From assembly GCA_963845565.1 (NCBI GenBank), contig CAWJSJ010000002.1, forward strand, positions 1,472,001 to 1,536,000: a stretch of 64,000 bases of DNA, given 5' to 3'. Both the position numbers and the translations under genes were made by a program. The DNA is from an uncultured Methylomirabilota bacterium (GTDB lineage Bacteria; Methylomirabilota; Methylomirabilia; Methylomirabilales; 2-02-FULL-66-22). Positions 49,742 through 61,019 of this stretch are shown here, piece after piece (within the stretch, counting starts at the first letter, position 1; each line of letters starts with the position of its first letter). Under the pieces are notes generated by a model, which saw nothing but the letters and a program-made list of their open reading frames with translations, made no database searches and had not been told where the DNA came from.

Positions 49742-51326
49742 ATGGATACTGCGATTCTTTCGAGCCGAGTCTACCAGGGCGACCCCGCAAAACCGTGGGC
49801 CGAGGCCGTCGCTATGCGGGACGGCCGGGTCGTGGCGGTGGGGAGCAACGCCGACGTCAAGCAGGCCTGCGGCGCGAACGCCCAGGTCTTCGAACTGCCG
49901 GGGCGGCTGGTCGTCCCCGGCATCGTGGACGCTCACCTGCATTTCGTGAGCTTCGGTCTGTATCTGGAGCGGGTGGACCTGCGCGACCTCACCTCCATCG
50001 CGGCCTGCCGGGAGCGAGTCAAGGCGGCCGTGGCGAAGAAGACCCCGGGCGAATGGATCATCGGCCGAGGCTGGAACGAGCACATCTGGACCGACCGGCG
50101 CGAGCCGAGCGCCCGCGACCTCGACGACATCGCGCCCGATCATCCGGTGATGCTGGTGCGGTGCTGCGGCCACACGGTCTGGATCAACGCCATGGCCATG
50201 AAGCTGGCGGGGATCACGAAGGAGAGCCGTGGACGCCCCCGGCGCCCGGATCGAGCGGGACGCGAACGGCCGCCCGATCGGCCTGTGCCGCGAGTACCGC
50301 AAGATCATCGAGAAGGTGATCCCGCCCCCGACGCTGGAGGAGCGGAAGGCCGCCGGCTTGCGGGCCCAGGCAGAGGCCCTGCGGTATGGGGTGACCGGCG
50401 TCCACACCTGCGAGACGCTGGCCGAGTGGGATGCGCTGGCGGCGCTGGAGGCGGAGGGGAAGCTCAGGATCCGCGTCCACCACACGCTGCCGCCCGAGGA
50501 GGTGGAGAAGGCGAAGACGCGGGGCATCGAGCTGACGAAGGGGAGCGACCGGCTGTGGTTCGGCCAGGTGAAGCTCTTCGCCGACGGAACGCTGGGCTCC
50601 AGCACGGCCCTGCTCCATGCCCCCTATACCGACGACGCCTCCAAGACGGGTCTGGAGTGTCTCACGGTCGCCGAGATGCAGGAGCGGATCGAGCTGGCCT
50701 ACCGGCACGGCGGCGATGTGGCCGTGCACGCCATCGGCGATCTGGCCACGACCAATGTCCTCAACGCCATCGAGGGGGCGCGGAAGCGATTCCCCGGGCC
50801 GAGGCGGGACCGGGTCGAGCACGTGCAGCTCTTACACCCCAACGACTTCGCCCGGTTCCGGGCCATGGACGTGGTGGCGTCGTGCCAGCCGGTCCATCTG
50901 CACACCGACATGCGCGTGGCGGAACAGAAGTGGGGAATGGACCGCTGCCGGTACGGCTACGCCTGGAAGTCCATGCTTCGGGAAGGGATCCGGGTGCAGT
51001 TCGGCTCGGACGCGCCGGTCGAGCACATCAATCCGATGCTCAGCTTCCACGCCGCGGTGAATCGCCAGAGTCTTCAGGGCGAGCCCGCGGACGGCTGGTT
51101 CCCCGCCGAGCGGCTGAGTCTGAAGGAGACGATCCACGCCTTCACCGCCGTCCCCGCCTGGGTGTCACGACGGGAGACCCAGCTCGGCAGTCTCGCCCCC
51201 GGGAAGATCGCCGACCTCACCGTGTTCGCGGAGGACCTCTTCGCCATGACGCCGGACACGCTGGCATCCGCCGCGGTGGAGATGACGATCGTGGGCGGGG
51301 AAACTGCCTTCCGCAGTCAGCAATAG
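49742..51326 (+). CDS. Amidohydrolase family 3 (YtcJ-like); indel ~50228
   Basis: PGIVDAHLH, KLFADG, VHAIGD, RVEHVQ, FGSDAP, PGKIADL. Confidence 0.88.
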
Positions 51327-51398
51327 GAACGCCTGAACGGGAACGGCGGCACCCGAAACGTTCAGGTGCCGCCGCGGTATATCCAGGGAAGCGGTGCG

Positions 51399-51694
51399 TT
51401 ACTTCTTGGCGGGGGCCTTCGCGGGGGCCTCCTTCTTCGGTGCGTCCTTCACCTCGATCTCCTGCGCGCTCATCTGATACTGGATGGTCACCTTGGATCC
51501 GACCTTGAGGTCCCCCGTCACCTTGGTGGCCTTGTCGCGGGAGATCTCCCATTTTTCCGTGCCCTTCTGAACGATGATCATGTCGTCCTTCAGCTCGAGG
51601 ACCGGGCCCGTGACCTGATAGCTCTTGACCGAGGCTGCATGGGCGACCGAAGCGGCGAAGCGAGGAGGACGGCCAACAGGACGATGCGCTTCAT
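51399..51694 (-). CDS. Small exported OB-fold-like protein; indel in the signal peptide ~51660
   Basis: AAGGAG SD, MKRIVLLAVLL..AHA signal, YQVTGPVLEL...GDLKVGSKVTIQY. Confidence 0.7.
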
Positions 51695-51956
51695 TACATT
51701 CTCCTTTCGTGGCGTGAAGAGCGGATTGCTCGGGAGCGAACGCGAGGCGATCTTAGCCAGGGAGACTTCGATTCGTCAACCCGAATTGCGAGAGTTGCGA
51801 GAGGTGGAACGGCGGGCAGTTTTCCAACCGGGCGAGACGGGTGGGGCGAGTTGACGGGACTGAAGATGCGTGATACCAGTGTGCCCCAGGCTGAGTCGTG
51901 CCCACTGGAGGGCGATCACGAAGGGCCGGTGGCATACATGGAGGGTAAGGAGAACC

Positions 51957-52967
51957 GTGGACAGTCGGGAGCGAGTATTTCGGGCACTGGAGCGGACGGG
52001 ACCGGATCGGCTGCCGATCTTCCAGCAGCTCTTGCCGGGAGCGCAACTCACGTACGGGCCGAAGCTGGCGGAGCTACTCCGACGCTATCCGAGCGACTTC
52101 AGCGACGCCGGATACTACGGGGATTCGGAATACGGCCCGGCGGTCGGCGTGGGGCACGCGGATGCCTGGGGCGCGGTCTGGACACGCGCGAGCGACGACT
52201 ACAAGGGGCTGGTGACGATCCATCCGCTGGCGGACTGGTCGGCGCTGAGGTCCTATGCGTTTCCCGACCCGACCCGGGTGGGCGATTTCAGTCGAGTCAT
52301 TGAAACGATCCGGACCAACCCGGGCCGCAAGTACCTGCTGGTGGACGGTGACACCCTCTTCCAGCGCATGTTCTACCTGCGGGGGTTCGAGAATCTCCTT
52401 GTGGATCTGGCGGAGCAGTCCGCCGAGGTGATCTTCCTGCGGGACCGGATCGTGGAGTTCCTGCTGAAGCGGATCGAGATCTGGCTCACCTACGGCGTGG
52501 ACGGCCTGTTCTTCCGGGACGACTGGGGAACCCAGGAAGAGCTGATGATCCGGCCGGCGCTGTGGCGGGAGTTCTTCAAGCCGTCCTACCGGCGACTGTT
52601 CGACGCGGTTCACGCGGGGGGCAAGCACGTCTTCTTCCACAGTGACGGGGTGATCCAGGACATCATCCCCGACCTGATCGAGATCGGGGTGGACGCCTTG
52701 AACGCCCAGATTCCATGCATGAATGCGGCCGAACTCGCCCGGCGATTCGGCAACCGGCTCTGTTTTGTGGCCGGAGCCGATCGGCAGCACTGGCTGCCCT
52801 TCGGGACGCCGCGGGAGGTCGAGGTGCACTGCTTTGCGCTGGCGGACACCTTCGGTCGAGCGAATGGCGGCTACATCGGTGGGGGGGAAATCGGTGCGGA
52901 CGTCCCCCTGGCCAATGCGGAGGCCATGCTGCGCACCTTCGCGGGGTACGCCTATCCGAGGTCGTGA
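51957..52967 (+). CDS. UroD-superfamily protein
   Basis: GPDRLP, DAWG, LRGFEN, DDWG.Q, FHSDG. Confidence 0.83.
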   Translation: MDSRERVFRALERTGPDRLPIFQQLLPGAQLTYGPKLAELLRRYPSDFSDAGYYGDSEYGPAVGVGHADAWGAVWTRASDDYKGLVTIHPLADWSALRSYAFPDPTRVGDFSRVIETIRTNPGRKYLLVDGDTLFQRMFYLRGFENLLVDLAEQSAEVIFLRDRIVEFLLKRIEIWLTYGVDGLFFRDDWGTQEELMIRPALWREFFKPSYRRLFDAVHAGGKHVFFHSDGVIQDIIPDLIEIGVDALNAQIPCMNAAELARRFGNRLCFVAGADRQHWLPFGTPREVEVHCFALADTFGRANGGYIGGGEIGADVPLANAEAMLRTFAGYAYPRS

Positions 52968-53052
52968 CGGGCGCCGGGCCGGGGCGAACAGAACGATCAG
53001 CGGGGCAGGAACGGAAGACGTCTCCTGCCCCGCTTGGTATTCGTGCGGTCTG

Positions 53053-53892
53053 CTAGGCTTGGTGCGGCGGCTGGTGCCAGACGATCCGGGCCTCGTTTCG
53101 TTCGGGCAGCCGGTGGTATCGGTAGCGGGGGTGTCCGATCAGCATGGCGCCGAAGACGGCGAGGCCTTCCGGAAGCGGCAAGGCCTCCTTCACCGGTTGC
53201 CACTGGCGCGCGGCGTTGGTGAAGATGCCGCCCCAGCAGGCACCGAGGCCGAACGAGGGCGCGGCCAGCTCCAGATAGGTCAGGGCGATGGCGCAATCCG
53301 CCGCCGACCAGGCGTAGTCGGCGGGGGCGCACGCGATGAGGAGATGGGGTGCGCCCCGGCAGACCATGTCGAGACCGGAATCCCATCCGCCGATGAAGCG
53401 CCGGACGTTCCGTTGTGCCGCGGGGGGCTGAGAGGCGTAGGTCGCCCGCATCCAGTCCACGGTCAGGCCGGCCAGCCGCCGCACCTCCGCTGCGTCGTGC
53501 ACGATCAGCCAGGTGACCGGCTGGCGGTTCGACGCGGATGGGGCGAAGCGGGCGATGTCGAGCAGTGTGACGAGCGTCTCGCGTGCGACCGGGTGCGGCG
53601 TGAACGTCCGGATCGAGCGCCGGGCCCTGAGGAAATGCGCGACCTGCTCCGGCCCGAGCGGGAGGTCGGTTCGCACCGGGGGAAGCTGCTCGGGCCGGAT
53701 GCCGTCGAGAGTGATCGCGCCGGAACGGCAGACGGCGACACAGTGGCCGCAGTGCCGGCAGCCCTCCTCCGCGTCGGCCGGGACTCGCGGCGCGGTGTCT
53801 CCTTCGGCCAGTTCGATGATGTGCGTCGGGCACTCCGCCACGCAGATGCCGTCGCGCGTGCAGCGAGCCGGATCGGCAACGAACAGGGGCAT
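53053..53892 (-). CDS. Nitroreductase with an N-terminal 2x[4Fe-4S] domain
   Basis: CTRDGICVAECP, CRHCGHCVAVC, RRSIR, APSASNRQP. Confidence 0.9.
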   Translation of the reverse strand: MPLFVADPARCTRDGICVAECPTHIIELAEGDTAPRVPADAEEGCRHCGHCVAVCRSGAITLDGIRPEQLPPVRTDLPLGPEQVAHFLRARRSIRTFTPHPVARETLVTLLDIARFAPSASNRQPVTWLIVHDAAEVRRLAGLTVDWMRATYASQPPAAQRNVRRFIGGWDSGLDMVCRGAPHLLIACAPADYAWSAADCAIALTYLELAAPSFGLGACWGGIFTNAARQWQPVKEALPLPEGLAVFGAMLIGHPRYRYHRLPERNEARIVWHQPPHQA

Positions 53893-53968
53893 CGCCTGTC
53901 TCCTCGATCGATCGCCACCAGGGGCATCCGCCCCGCTTTGGGCAGCCTGCTCGCGGGGGCGGGCCGGG

Positions 53969-54913
53969 CTACGCCGGCCCGCCGGAGGGCGCCGGGGCCT
54001 GCCGCTTAATGACGTTCATGGCCATGCCGATCATCGAGGCCACATCGGCCACGCCGGCCGGCACGATCATGGTGGTATCGCTGGCGTTGGCCAGCTCCCC
54101 GAACTTGGTCAGGTACTGCTCGGCGACGCGCAGCTGCACCGCCTCGCTGCCGCCCGGCACCTGGATGGACCCGGCCACCTGCCGAATCCCCTCGGCGGTG
54201 GCGCGGGCGATGGAGAGGATGGCCGCCGCCGCCCCCTCGGCCTCGTTGATCTGCTGCTGCTTCCGGGCCTCCGAGGCCTTGATCACCTGCTGCTTCTGCC
54301 CCTCGGCGGAGTTGATGGCGGCATCGCGCTCCCCCTCGGAGGTCAGGATCACCGCCCGCTTCTCCCGCTCCGCCCGCATCTGCTTCTCCATGGCGGCGAG
54401 GACGTCCTTGGGCGGGGTGATGTTCTTGATCTCGTAGCGGAGCATCTTGATGCCCCACGGCTCGGAGGCCTTGTCCAGCTCGGAGACCACCTGGATGTTG
54501 ATGTGCGTCCGCTCCTCGAAGGTGCGGTCCAGGTCGATCTTGCCCATCTCGCTGCGCAGCGTCGTCTGGGCGAGCTGGCTGATGGCGAACAGGTAATCCA
54601 GCACCCCGTAGGAGGCCCGCTCCGGATTCAACACCTTGAGGTAGAGCACCCCATCGACGTGCACCTGGACGTTGTCCCGGGTGATGCAGACCTGCTCCGG
54701 AATGTCTACTGCCGCTTCCTTGAGCGAGTGTCTGTATCGGACCGCATCGAGGAAGGGAATGAGGATGTGAAAGCCGGCCCCCAGGGTCTCCCGGTACTTT
54801 CCCAGCCGCTCGACCACATACGCGCTCTGCTGTGGTACCACCACGGCGGTCTTGGCGACGACCAGGATCACCAAGGCGGCCAACACGACGGCGACAATCA
54901 GGGCTTCGGTCAT
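53969..54913 (-). CDS. SPFH/stomatin-like protein (QmcA/paraslipin)
   Basis: VVERLGKY, ITRDNV, AQTTLRS, QMRAEREKRA. Confidence 0.92.
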   Translation of the reverse strand: MTEALIVAVVLAALVILVVAKTAVVVPQQSAYVVERLGKYRETLGAGFHILIPFLDAVRYRHSLKEAAVDIPEQVCITRDNVQVHVDGVLYLKVLNPERASYGVLDYLFAISQLAQTTLRSEMGKIDLDRTFEERTHINIQVVSELDKASEPWGIKMLRYEIKNITPPKDVLAAMEKQMRAEREKRAVILTSEGERDAAINSAEGQKQQVIKASEARKQQQINEAEGAAAAILSIARATAEGIRQVAGSIQVPGGSEAVQLRVAEQYLTKFGELANASDTTMIVPAGVADVASMIGMAMNVIKRQAPAPSGGPA

Positions 54914-54932
54914 GCGCGCCTCCCTTTCGAAT

Positions 54933-55364
54933 TCATTCGCCGCGAATCCAGAGCGTAAGGCCATCGACGCGCGAGACTCGGCAGCGCTCTCCCCGGACGA
55001 GCGCGCGCGGGCCGAGGTTGCGGACAGTCCAATTCGTCCCGCGGAGCTCTGCTTTTCCCACGCCATCGGGCGGAAGATCCTCCAAGAGCATGGCAACCTC
55101 TCCCTCCAGGGTATCCATCGGATCCGGCGTCTCTTTGGAGCGTGCGGCCTTGATCAAGACGGGGCGGAAGCACAGGAGGGAGATCAAAGAAATCGCCGAG
55201 AAGAGAAGCCATTGAAACCAGACGGGGCCACCCCACCCGAGCCCGGAGAGGCTGCCGACGACGAGAGCGCCGATCCCGAAGAACAGGACGTAAAAACCTC
55301 CCGGGGTGAGAACTTCGAGGCCGACGAGGACGAGACCGAGGACAAGCCAGAGCCACCAGTTCAT
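54933..55364 (-). CDS. NfeD/YbbJ family membrane protein
   Basis: WLWLVLGL..LE, C-terminal G.AELRGT.W OB fold; adjacent to the SPFH gene. Confidence 0.88.
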   Translation of the reverse strand: MNWWLWLVLGLVLVGLEVLTPGGFYVLFFGIGALVVGSLSGLGWGGPVWFQWLLFSAISLISLLCFRPVLIKAARSKETPDPMDTLEGEVAMLLEDLPPDGVGKAELRGTNWTVRNLGPRALVRGERCRVSRVDGLTLWIRGE

Positions 55365-55467
55365 CGGGCGCGCCTCCCTATTCACTTTTGGGGGCCAGGT
55401 GTGAGGGGTCCTTCATGCCACCACAAAGCCGCCCGCTGCCGGTCTCTGGGGACATGGTCGTCCTGGT

Positions 55468-56505
55468 CTAGGCAGTCTTGACCGACTCGATCAGGTTCCA
55501 CCCGGCATCGCAGAACTGCGCCAGCGTCCGCTGGGTTGGGCCGAAGGTGATGAAGTCCTCCGGGGTCATCCCGTCCGGCTCGTAGGCCTTCACGAACTCA
55601 GGGAGGGTCTGCAGGCGCCGGATGACGTCGGCCGGCACGGGCCGATCGATCCGCTGCTCCCGAGGGACGCCAGGCTCCAGGAGCTGGGCCTGGATGTTGG
55701 GGGCGGTGGACATGACCATCGCGGCGCCGGCCAGCTCGGTCATGTGATACACGCCGCGGAGCGCCGCGGGCAGGAGCAGGGCGTCGTACCCGCGCTCCTG
55801 GTAGAGGGTGTACGCTCGCTTGGCAACGGCGAGACCGGCCTGGCGGATGTCGGATTCCTCGACCTTGGCCTGCCGGTCCTGGGCCACCTCGCGCAGGTAG
55901 TCGTCCAGCCGCCCGATCATGAGGACGGGGAAGCAGCGCCCCGGCGTCTTGCCGGCCGCCCGGGCCCGCGCCGCGCCCTTCTTGTGCCGCTCGGCGATGG
56001 CCAGGACCTGCGGCACGGTGAAGCTGACGGTGGCCGTGATGGTAATCCCGTCGGCCACGCAGTCCTCCAGCACGTCCAGGGCGGCGGCGGTGGCAGGGAG
56101 CTTCACCGCAATGTTGGGGGCCCAGGTGCGGTAGCGGCGGGCCATCGCCATCATGGTCTCCCGGTCGCCGGCGCGCCCCGGGTTCACCTGGCCGCAGACA
56201 TAGCCCAGGCTTCCTTTGGTCTCCTCGTACTGCGGGAGAAGCATCTGCGCGGCTCGCTTCACGACGTGGCTCATCAGCTCTTCGGCGCGCCGCTCGTTGG
56301 GCAGGTCCTTCGGCACGGCCCGGAGGGCGTCCGCCCAGATCTCGGGGCGGCCGCGCAGGGTGCGGGCCGTGAGCAGCGGGTTCGTGGTGACGCCGGTGGC
56401 CGCGTGGGCGAGACCCGTCCGGAGCTCGTCCGGATCGGCCGAATCGTGCCACCAGGTGGTGGGTGTCTCACGGACCAGCCATTGCAGATAGCTTTCGGTT
56501 GCCAT
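55468..56505 (-). CDS. Transaldolase family protein
   Basis: WHDSA, GVTTNP, AVKLPAT, MIGRLDD. Confidence 0.85.
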   Translation of the reverse strand: MATESYLQWLVRETPTTWWHDSADPDELRTGLAHAATGVTTNPLLTARTLRGRPEIWADALRAVPKDLPNERRAEELMSHVVKRAAQMLLPQYEETKGSLGYVCGQVNPGRAGDRETMMAMARRYRTWAPNIAVKLPATAAALDVLEDCVADGITITATVSFTVPQVLAIAERHKKGAARARAAGKTPGRCFPVLMIGRLDDYLREVAQDRQAKVEESDIRQAGLAVAKRAYTLYQERGYDALLLPAALRGVYHMTELAGAAMVMSTAPNIQAQLLEPGVPREQRIDRPVPADVIRRLQTLPEFVKAYEPDGMTPEDFITFGPTQRTLAQFCDAGWNLIESVKTA

Positions 56506-56590
56506 GACGCTCCTCTCTCTCGATCCCCCGGGGGATAGGGTACAGGATGGCGGCGGTGGGCAAGGACCCGCCCGTTCTCCGGTCGCCCCT

Positions 56591-56620
56591 ATGATTTCGC
56601 AGGTGACACACCACTGTCAA
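56591..56620 (-). promoter_or_regulatory. Promoter of the transaldolase gene with an overlapping TGACA-N6-TGTCA palindrome
   Basis: TTGACA-18-AATCAT on the minus strand; palindrome at 56604-56619. Confidence 0.45.
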
Positions 56621-56792
56621 GGACGGCGGATGGAATGTGAGGTCGAGAGACCGCGCCCGCCGGATTCGTCCTGTCCGCCGCATGACCGGAGGGAAGGGCT
56701 TGAGGTGCACACCCCAAGCATGATAACAATATAGCCGTTGAGGATGTTGGTGGACACGCTCACGAGCCGAACGAATAAGGAGGCCCTGGATT

Positions 56793-57287
56793 ATGCCAAT
56801 AAAAAATACACCCACCATCACGAACGATCAGCGGGTCAACGATATGCGCGGTGCCATCGAGCACCGGGCGACCTGGATGTGCTTGATGCTCGACGAGATG
56901 GAGAAGGCCGGCGTGGACTGGGAGACGATCGGCCGGAAGGCTATCCTGCGATGCGGCGCCTTCCACGGCAAGACCAAGTTCACCCAGACCGACGATCTCA
57001 AGGTGCTCGGGAAGGAGTTCGCCAACGAGCTGTTTTCCAAGATCTTCGAGATGGACGTCAAGGAGTTGTCGAACGACAAGTTCGTCGTGGAATTCCATTA
57101 CTGCCCCCTCGTGGCGGCGTGGAAGAAGCAGGCGGCGACCGACCAGCGGTGCGAAACGCTCTGCGACATGGCAATGGACGGAGATCGTGGCATCGTCAGC
57201 GCTTTCCCGAAATTCACGTTCGAGCTCGGCGACACCATTGCCAAGGGCGGCACGGGGTGCGCGATCACCATCACCAAGGTGAACTAG
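56793..57287 (+). CDS. ATC-hydrolase-like (L-2-amino-thiazoline-4-carboxylate hydrolase / V4R-like) protein
   Basis: FHYCPLV..W...LCDMAMDGD...TIAKG...C; AAGGAGG SD. Confidence 0.75.
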   Translation: MPIKNTPTITNDQRVNDMRGAIEHRATWMCLMLDEMEKAGVDWETIGRKAILRCGAFHGKTKFTQTDDLKVLGKEFANELFSKIFEMDVKELSNDKFVVEFHYCPLVAAWKKQAATDQRCETLCDMAMDGDRGIVSAFPKFTFELGDTIAKGGTGCAITITKVN

Positions 57288-57431
57288 CGCCGCCGAGGGT
57301 TCTCCGACAGAGCGGATGGAGATGCGTCTCACGGGGGCATCGCAATGCGTGCGGTGCCCCCTTCGGTTTCCCCGCGCGTGCGGCTCTTTTCACCCGGTTC
57401 GTCCGGTCGCGCTCCTCCGAGGATTGTGCGG

Positions 57432-58592
57432 ATGATGCAGCTTTCGGAATCGCCTTTCCCGTTGTCCCACGAGCGCTTTTCCGTGGACTACCACCTCGCC
57501 GGCGACGAGAAGGCGGCCGGCGAGAAGGCGCGGGACATCTGTCTGGAGCAGACGGTGGAGGTGCCGGACGCGCTGGTTCCTGATGGGATGATCCGCGAGC
57601 AGGTCCTGGGGAGGATCGAAGCGTTCGCGGCTCGACCGGAAGGCGGCTTCGCGGCGCGGATCAGCTATGCCGTCGAGATTGCGGGCGCCGATCTGACGCA
57701 GCTCCTGAATGTTCTCTTCGGGAACATCAGCATCAAGGCGGGGATCCGCGCAGACCGCCTGGACCTTCCGGAGACGATGCTGCGGTCGTTCCGGGGGCCG
57801 CGGTTCGGCCGCGCGGGGCTCCGGGCGCTCCTGGGGGCTCCGCACCGCCCGCTCCTCTGCACGGCGTTGAAGCCGCTCGGGCTGTCCGCCGAAGGTCTGG
57901 CCGAGCTGGCGTACCGGTTTGCCCTGGGCGGGATCGAGATCATCAAAGACGATCACGGGTTGGCCGACCAAGGGTTTGCCCCGTTTCGGGACCGGGTAAG
58001 GCTCTGCGCTCAGGCTGTCCAGCGCGCCAACCGGGAGACGGGTTCTCGTTCCATCTACGTGCCAAACGTGACGGCCCCTTTCGACGAGATCTGCCCGCGG
58101 GCCCGGTTGGCCAAGGAGCAGGGGGCGGGCGGCCTGCTCGTTGCGCCCGGCCTGACCGGGTTGGACGCCATGCGCTGCCTGGCGGACGACGACGCGCTCG
58201 CGCTGCCGATCTTCGCGCATCCGGCCTTCCAGGGCACGTATGTCCTGCATCCGTCGAGCGGCATGTCTCACCAGCTCCTTTTCGGACAGCTGGCCCGTCT
58301 GGCCGGAGCCGACGCCACGATCTATCCCAACTTCGGTGGGCGATTCGGGTTCACCCGGGACGAGTGCCTGTCCATCGCCCGGGGCACCGCGATGGCCATG
58401 GGACCGATCAAGGCCATCTTCCCGACACCGGGGGGCGGGATGAGCCTGGACCGGGTCCCCGAGATGCTGGAGGCGTACGGGCCGGACGTGGTGCTGCTGA
58501 TCGGCGGCGGCCTGATGACGGCGGGTTCGGATCTGATCGAGACCTGCCGGCGCTTTCGGGCCCTGATCGAGGCCCCCGACCGCTTGAGCTAA
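57432..58592 (+). CDS. RuBisCO-like protein (form IV)
   Basis: CLEQTVE, FGN, GPRFG, ALKPLG, IIKDDHG, AHPA, GGRF, PGGG, IGGG. Confidence 0.88.
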   Translation: MMQLSESPFPLSHERFSVDYHLAGDEKAAGEKARDICLEQTVEVPDALVPDGMIREQVLGRIEAFAARPEGGFAARISYAVEIAGADLTQLLNVLFGNISIKAGIRADRLDLPETMLRSFRGPRFGRAGLRALLGAPHRPLLCTALKPLGLSAEGLAELAYRFALGGIEIIKDDHGLADQGFAPFRDRVRLCAQAVQRANRETGSRSIYVPNVTAPFDEICPRARLAKEQGAGGLLVAPGLTGLDAMRCLADDDALALPIFAHPAFQGTYVLHPSSGMSHQLLFGQLARLAGADATIYPNFGGRFGFTRDECLSIARGTAMAMGPIKAIFPTPGGGMSLDRVPEMLEAYGPDVVLLIGGGLMTAGSDLIETCRRFRALIEAPDRLS

Positions 58593-58761
58593 CCGCTCAG
58601 CTCCCCCCTCGCGTGGCGCCCAGCCCGGGCCGAGGCGCGGTTCCGGCTTGACACCATCTGACTCCTGAGGCAGGCTACCCCGGCGTTCGCGAGGTGAGCG
58701 CGTTCTTGGGCCGGCGCGTGGTGCCGACACACCGGAGGAATCCGTGGGCTGGATCCTACGC

Positions 58762-60626
58762 ATGCGAAAGAGCGGACCGCGGTGGTGGACCCTCCCGTTC
58801 CTCGTCCTTCTGTTGACGGCGTGCACGACGACTCCGGTTGGGGTCGTCCGGGTAGACCCGCGGGAGGTCCATCAGTATTTGACCCGCAGCGTCCTCACCT
58901 CGGACGAGCCGAGCCGCGTGAGCACGAACGTACTCCAGGAGCACAATCTGGCCGCACTATTTGACGACGAACCCGAGAAGGCACTGGCAGCACTCCACGA
59001 GTATGTTACCGGCCGCTCCGTCCGCAGCAGCGCGCTGTTCGCCCTCGCGGAATTGTCCTTCCTCCATGCGGAGCGCTCCAAGAAATCGTCGTACCACCTC
59101 GCTGCCGCCATCTACGCCTTCGCGTTTTCTGTTTCCCGAGGAGCCCGCCGCTCCGCCGGATCCGTTCGATCTCGCGGCTGCGCGTGGCGACGGATCTCTA
59201 CAATCGCGGGATCACGGCGGCATTCAAGTCGGCGGACGGTTTCCATGTCGAGCTGCGGTCCGGCACCTACGCCCTGCCGTTCGGGGAGATCGCGATCGCC
59301 TTCGACGAGACCGGCCTTCGCTGGGCCGGCCGGCGCCTCACGGATCTGGCCCCCGTCGCCGAATTGAAAATCCGGGGCCTGAAGACTCGGTACCTGCAGC
59401 CCGGGGTCGGCGCACCCCTCGCCGCCACTCCCGTCCCCGTCTCGGGAGATTCCTACGCGGATGATTTCCTCTCTCCTGAAACGAAGGTTTCGGTGACGGC
59501 CTTTCTTCGCCTGGAACGCCCGCGGTCCCAGCTCAGCGGTAACCGGCTTGAGGGTACGTTGGAGGCGTACGTCCCCCGGACGGCTTTTGCGAGCGCCGAG
59601 AACACGGTGATGGTTGGGGACCGCCGAGTGCCGCTGGAAGTCGAGACGACGGCCACCCTCGCCTACGCGCTCGCCGAATCACCCATCTGGGAACAGGAGA
59701 TTTCACGCTTCTTCGACAATGTGGGTGTGAGGGGGAAGCAGCGTGCGACACTCGTGCTGGGGGCACCCTACCGGCCTGGACTCATCCCGGTTGTTCTCGT
59801 CCATGGGACGGCATCCAGCGTCGGGCGGTGGGCCGCAATGGTCAACCGTCTGATCAACGACCCGAGAATCGCACAACGATACCAGTTCTGGTTCTTCACG
59901 TACGAAACGGGGAATCCTATCGAGTACTCCGCGATGCTGCTTCGCGATGCACTACGGACCGCGATTGCGCGACTCGACCCCGACGGGCAAGATCCCGAGC
60001 TCCTCCGCATGGTCATCGTCGGCCACAGCCAGGGCGGCCTGCTCGCAAAACTCCTCGTCATCAACAGCGGGAGCCGCTTGTGGGATGCGTCGTTCACGCG
60101 GCCGCTCGATGAGCTCGATGTCTCAAAGGACACACGCGAATTATTGCGCCGCACGCGATTCGTGGAGCCGGTCCCGTTCGTCCAACGGGTGATCTTCCTT
60201 GCCACGCCCCATCGGGGAAGCTACCTCACGCTCAATCGCATCAGCGAGTGGATCGCCGGGTTCATCAAACTGCCGTTCACGGTGGTGGGCGCCACGATGG
60301 ACGTGTTCAAGCGGAACCCTGACGCGATGGTCAATCCGGGGATCAGACCGCTCACCAGTGTTGACCAAATGAATCCATCGAGCGCCTACATCCAGGCCTT
60401 GGCCTCCATTCCCATCGCGCCAGGCGTCCATGCGCACTCCATCATCGCCGTCAAGGGTAGCGGACCGGTGGAGGAAGGGGATGACGGCGTGGTGAAGTAC
60501 GCGAGTGCCCACCTCGACGGTGTGGAGTCGGAACTGGTGGTCCGCTCGGACCATTCCGTGCAGTGGGCGCCGGAGTCCATCGAGGAGGTCCGCCGCATCC
60601 TGCTGTTGCACGCGGAGGTTCCGTGA
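58762..60626 (+). CDS. Alpha/beta-hydrolase (lipase-like) lipoprotein; indels ~59127 and ~59171
   Basis: LLTAC lipobox, VVLVHG, GHSQGG, ATPHRGS, DGVV..S, H. Confidence 0.82.
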
Positions 60627-61019
60627 ACGCGTGGGCGACCCGACGCGCCGCGTTCCTTTCGGCGTTCCTGCTCGTCGTCCTGGTGGGCGTGGTCTTTCCC
60701 GGTGGGGAATGTGCCGAGGCGCGCCGCTCCCACGAGCACGTCCTGACAGTCGTTGAGGTTGACGAACTCCCCCGCGAGGCGCGGGAGACACTGGCGCTGA
60801 TCAAGCAGGGCGGTCCGTTTCCGTACAAGACGGGATGGCGTCATTTTCGGAAACCGCGAACGACGCCTGCCGGCCCGACCGAGCGGTTACTACCGCGAGT
60901 ACACCGTGCCGACGCCCGGCGCCCGCGACCGCGGGGCGCGGCGCATCGTCGCCGGCACGCCTGACGAGTTCTATTACACCGACGACCATTACAACACCTT
61001 CCGACGGATTCTCGAATGA
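60623..61019 (+). CDS. Secreted guanyl-specific ribonuclease (barnase/RNase Sa family); indel ~60827
   Basis: Signal peptide, GGPFPY..DG.IFGNRE..LP, YYREYTV, RGARRIV, YYTDDHY.TF. Confidence 0.88.

Noticed and set aside
57432..58592. Carbon-fixing RuBisCO
   Set aside because: Catalytic residues are substituted (KDDH, loop-6 Arg); no small subunit or prk is present.
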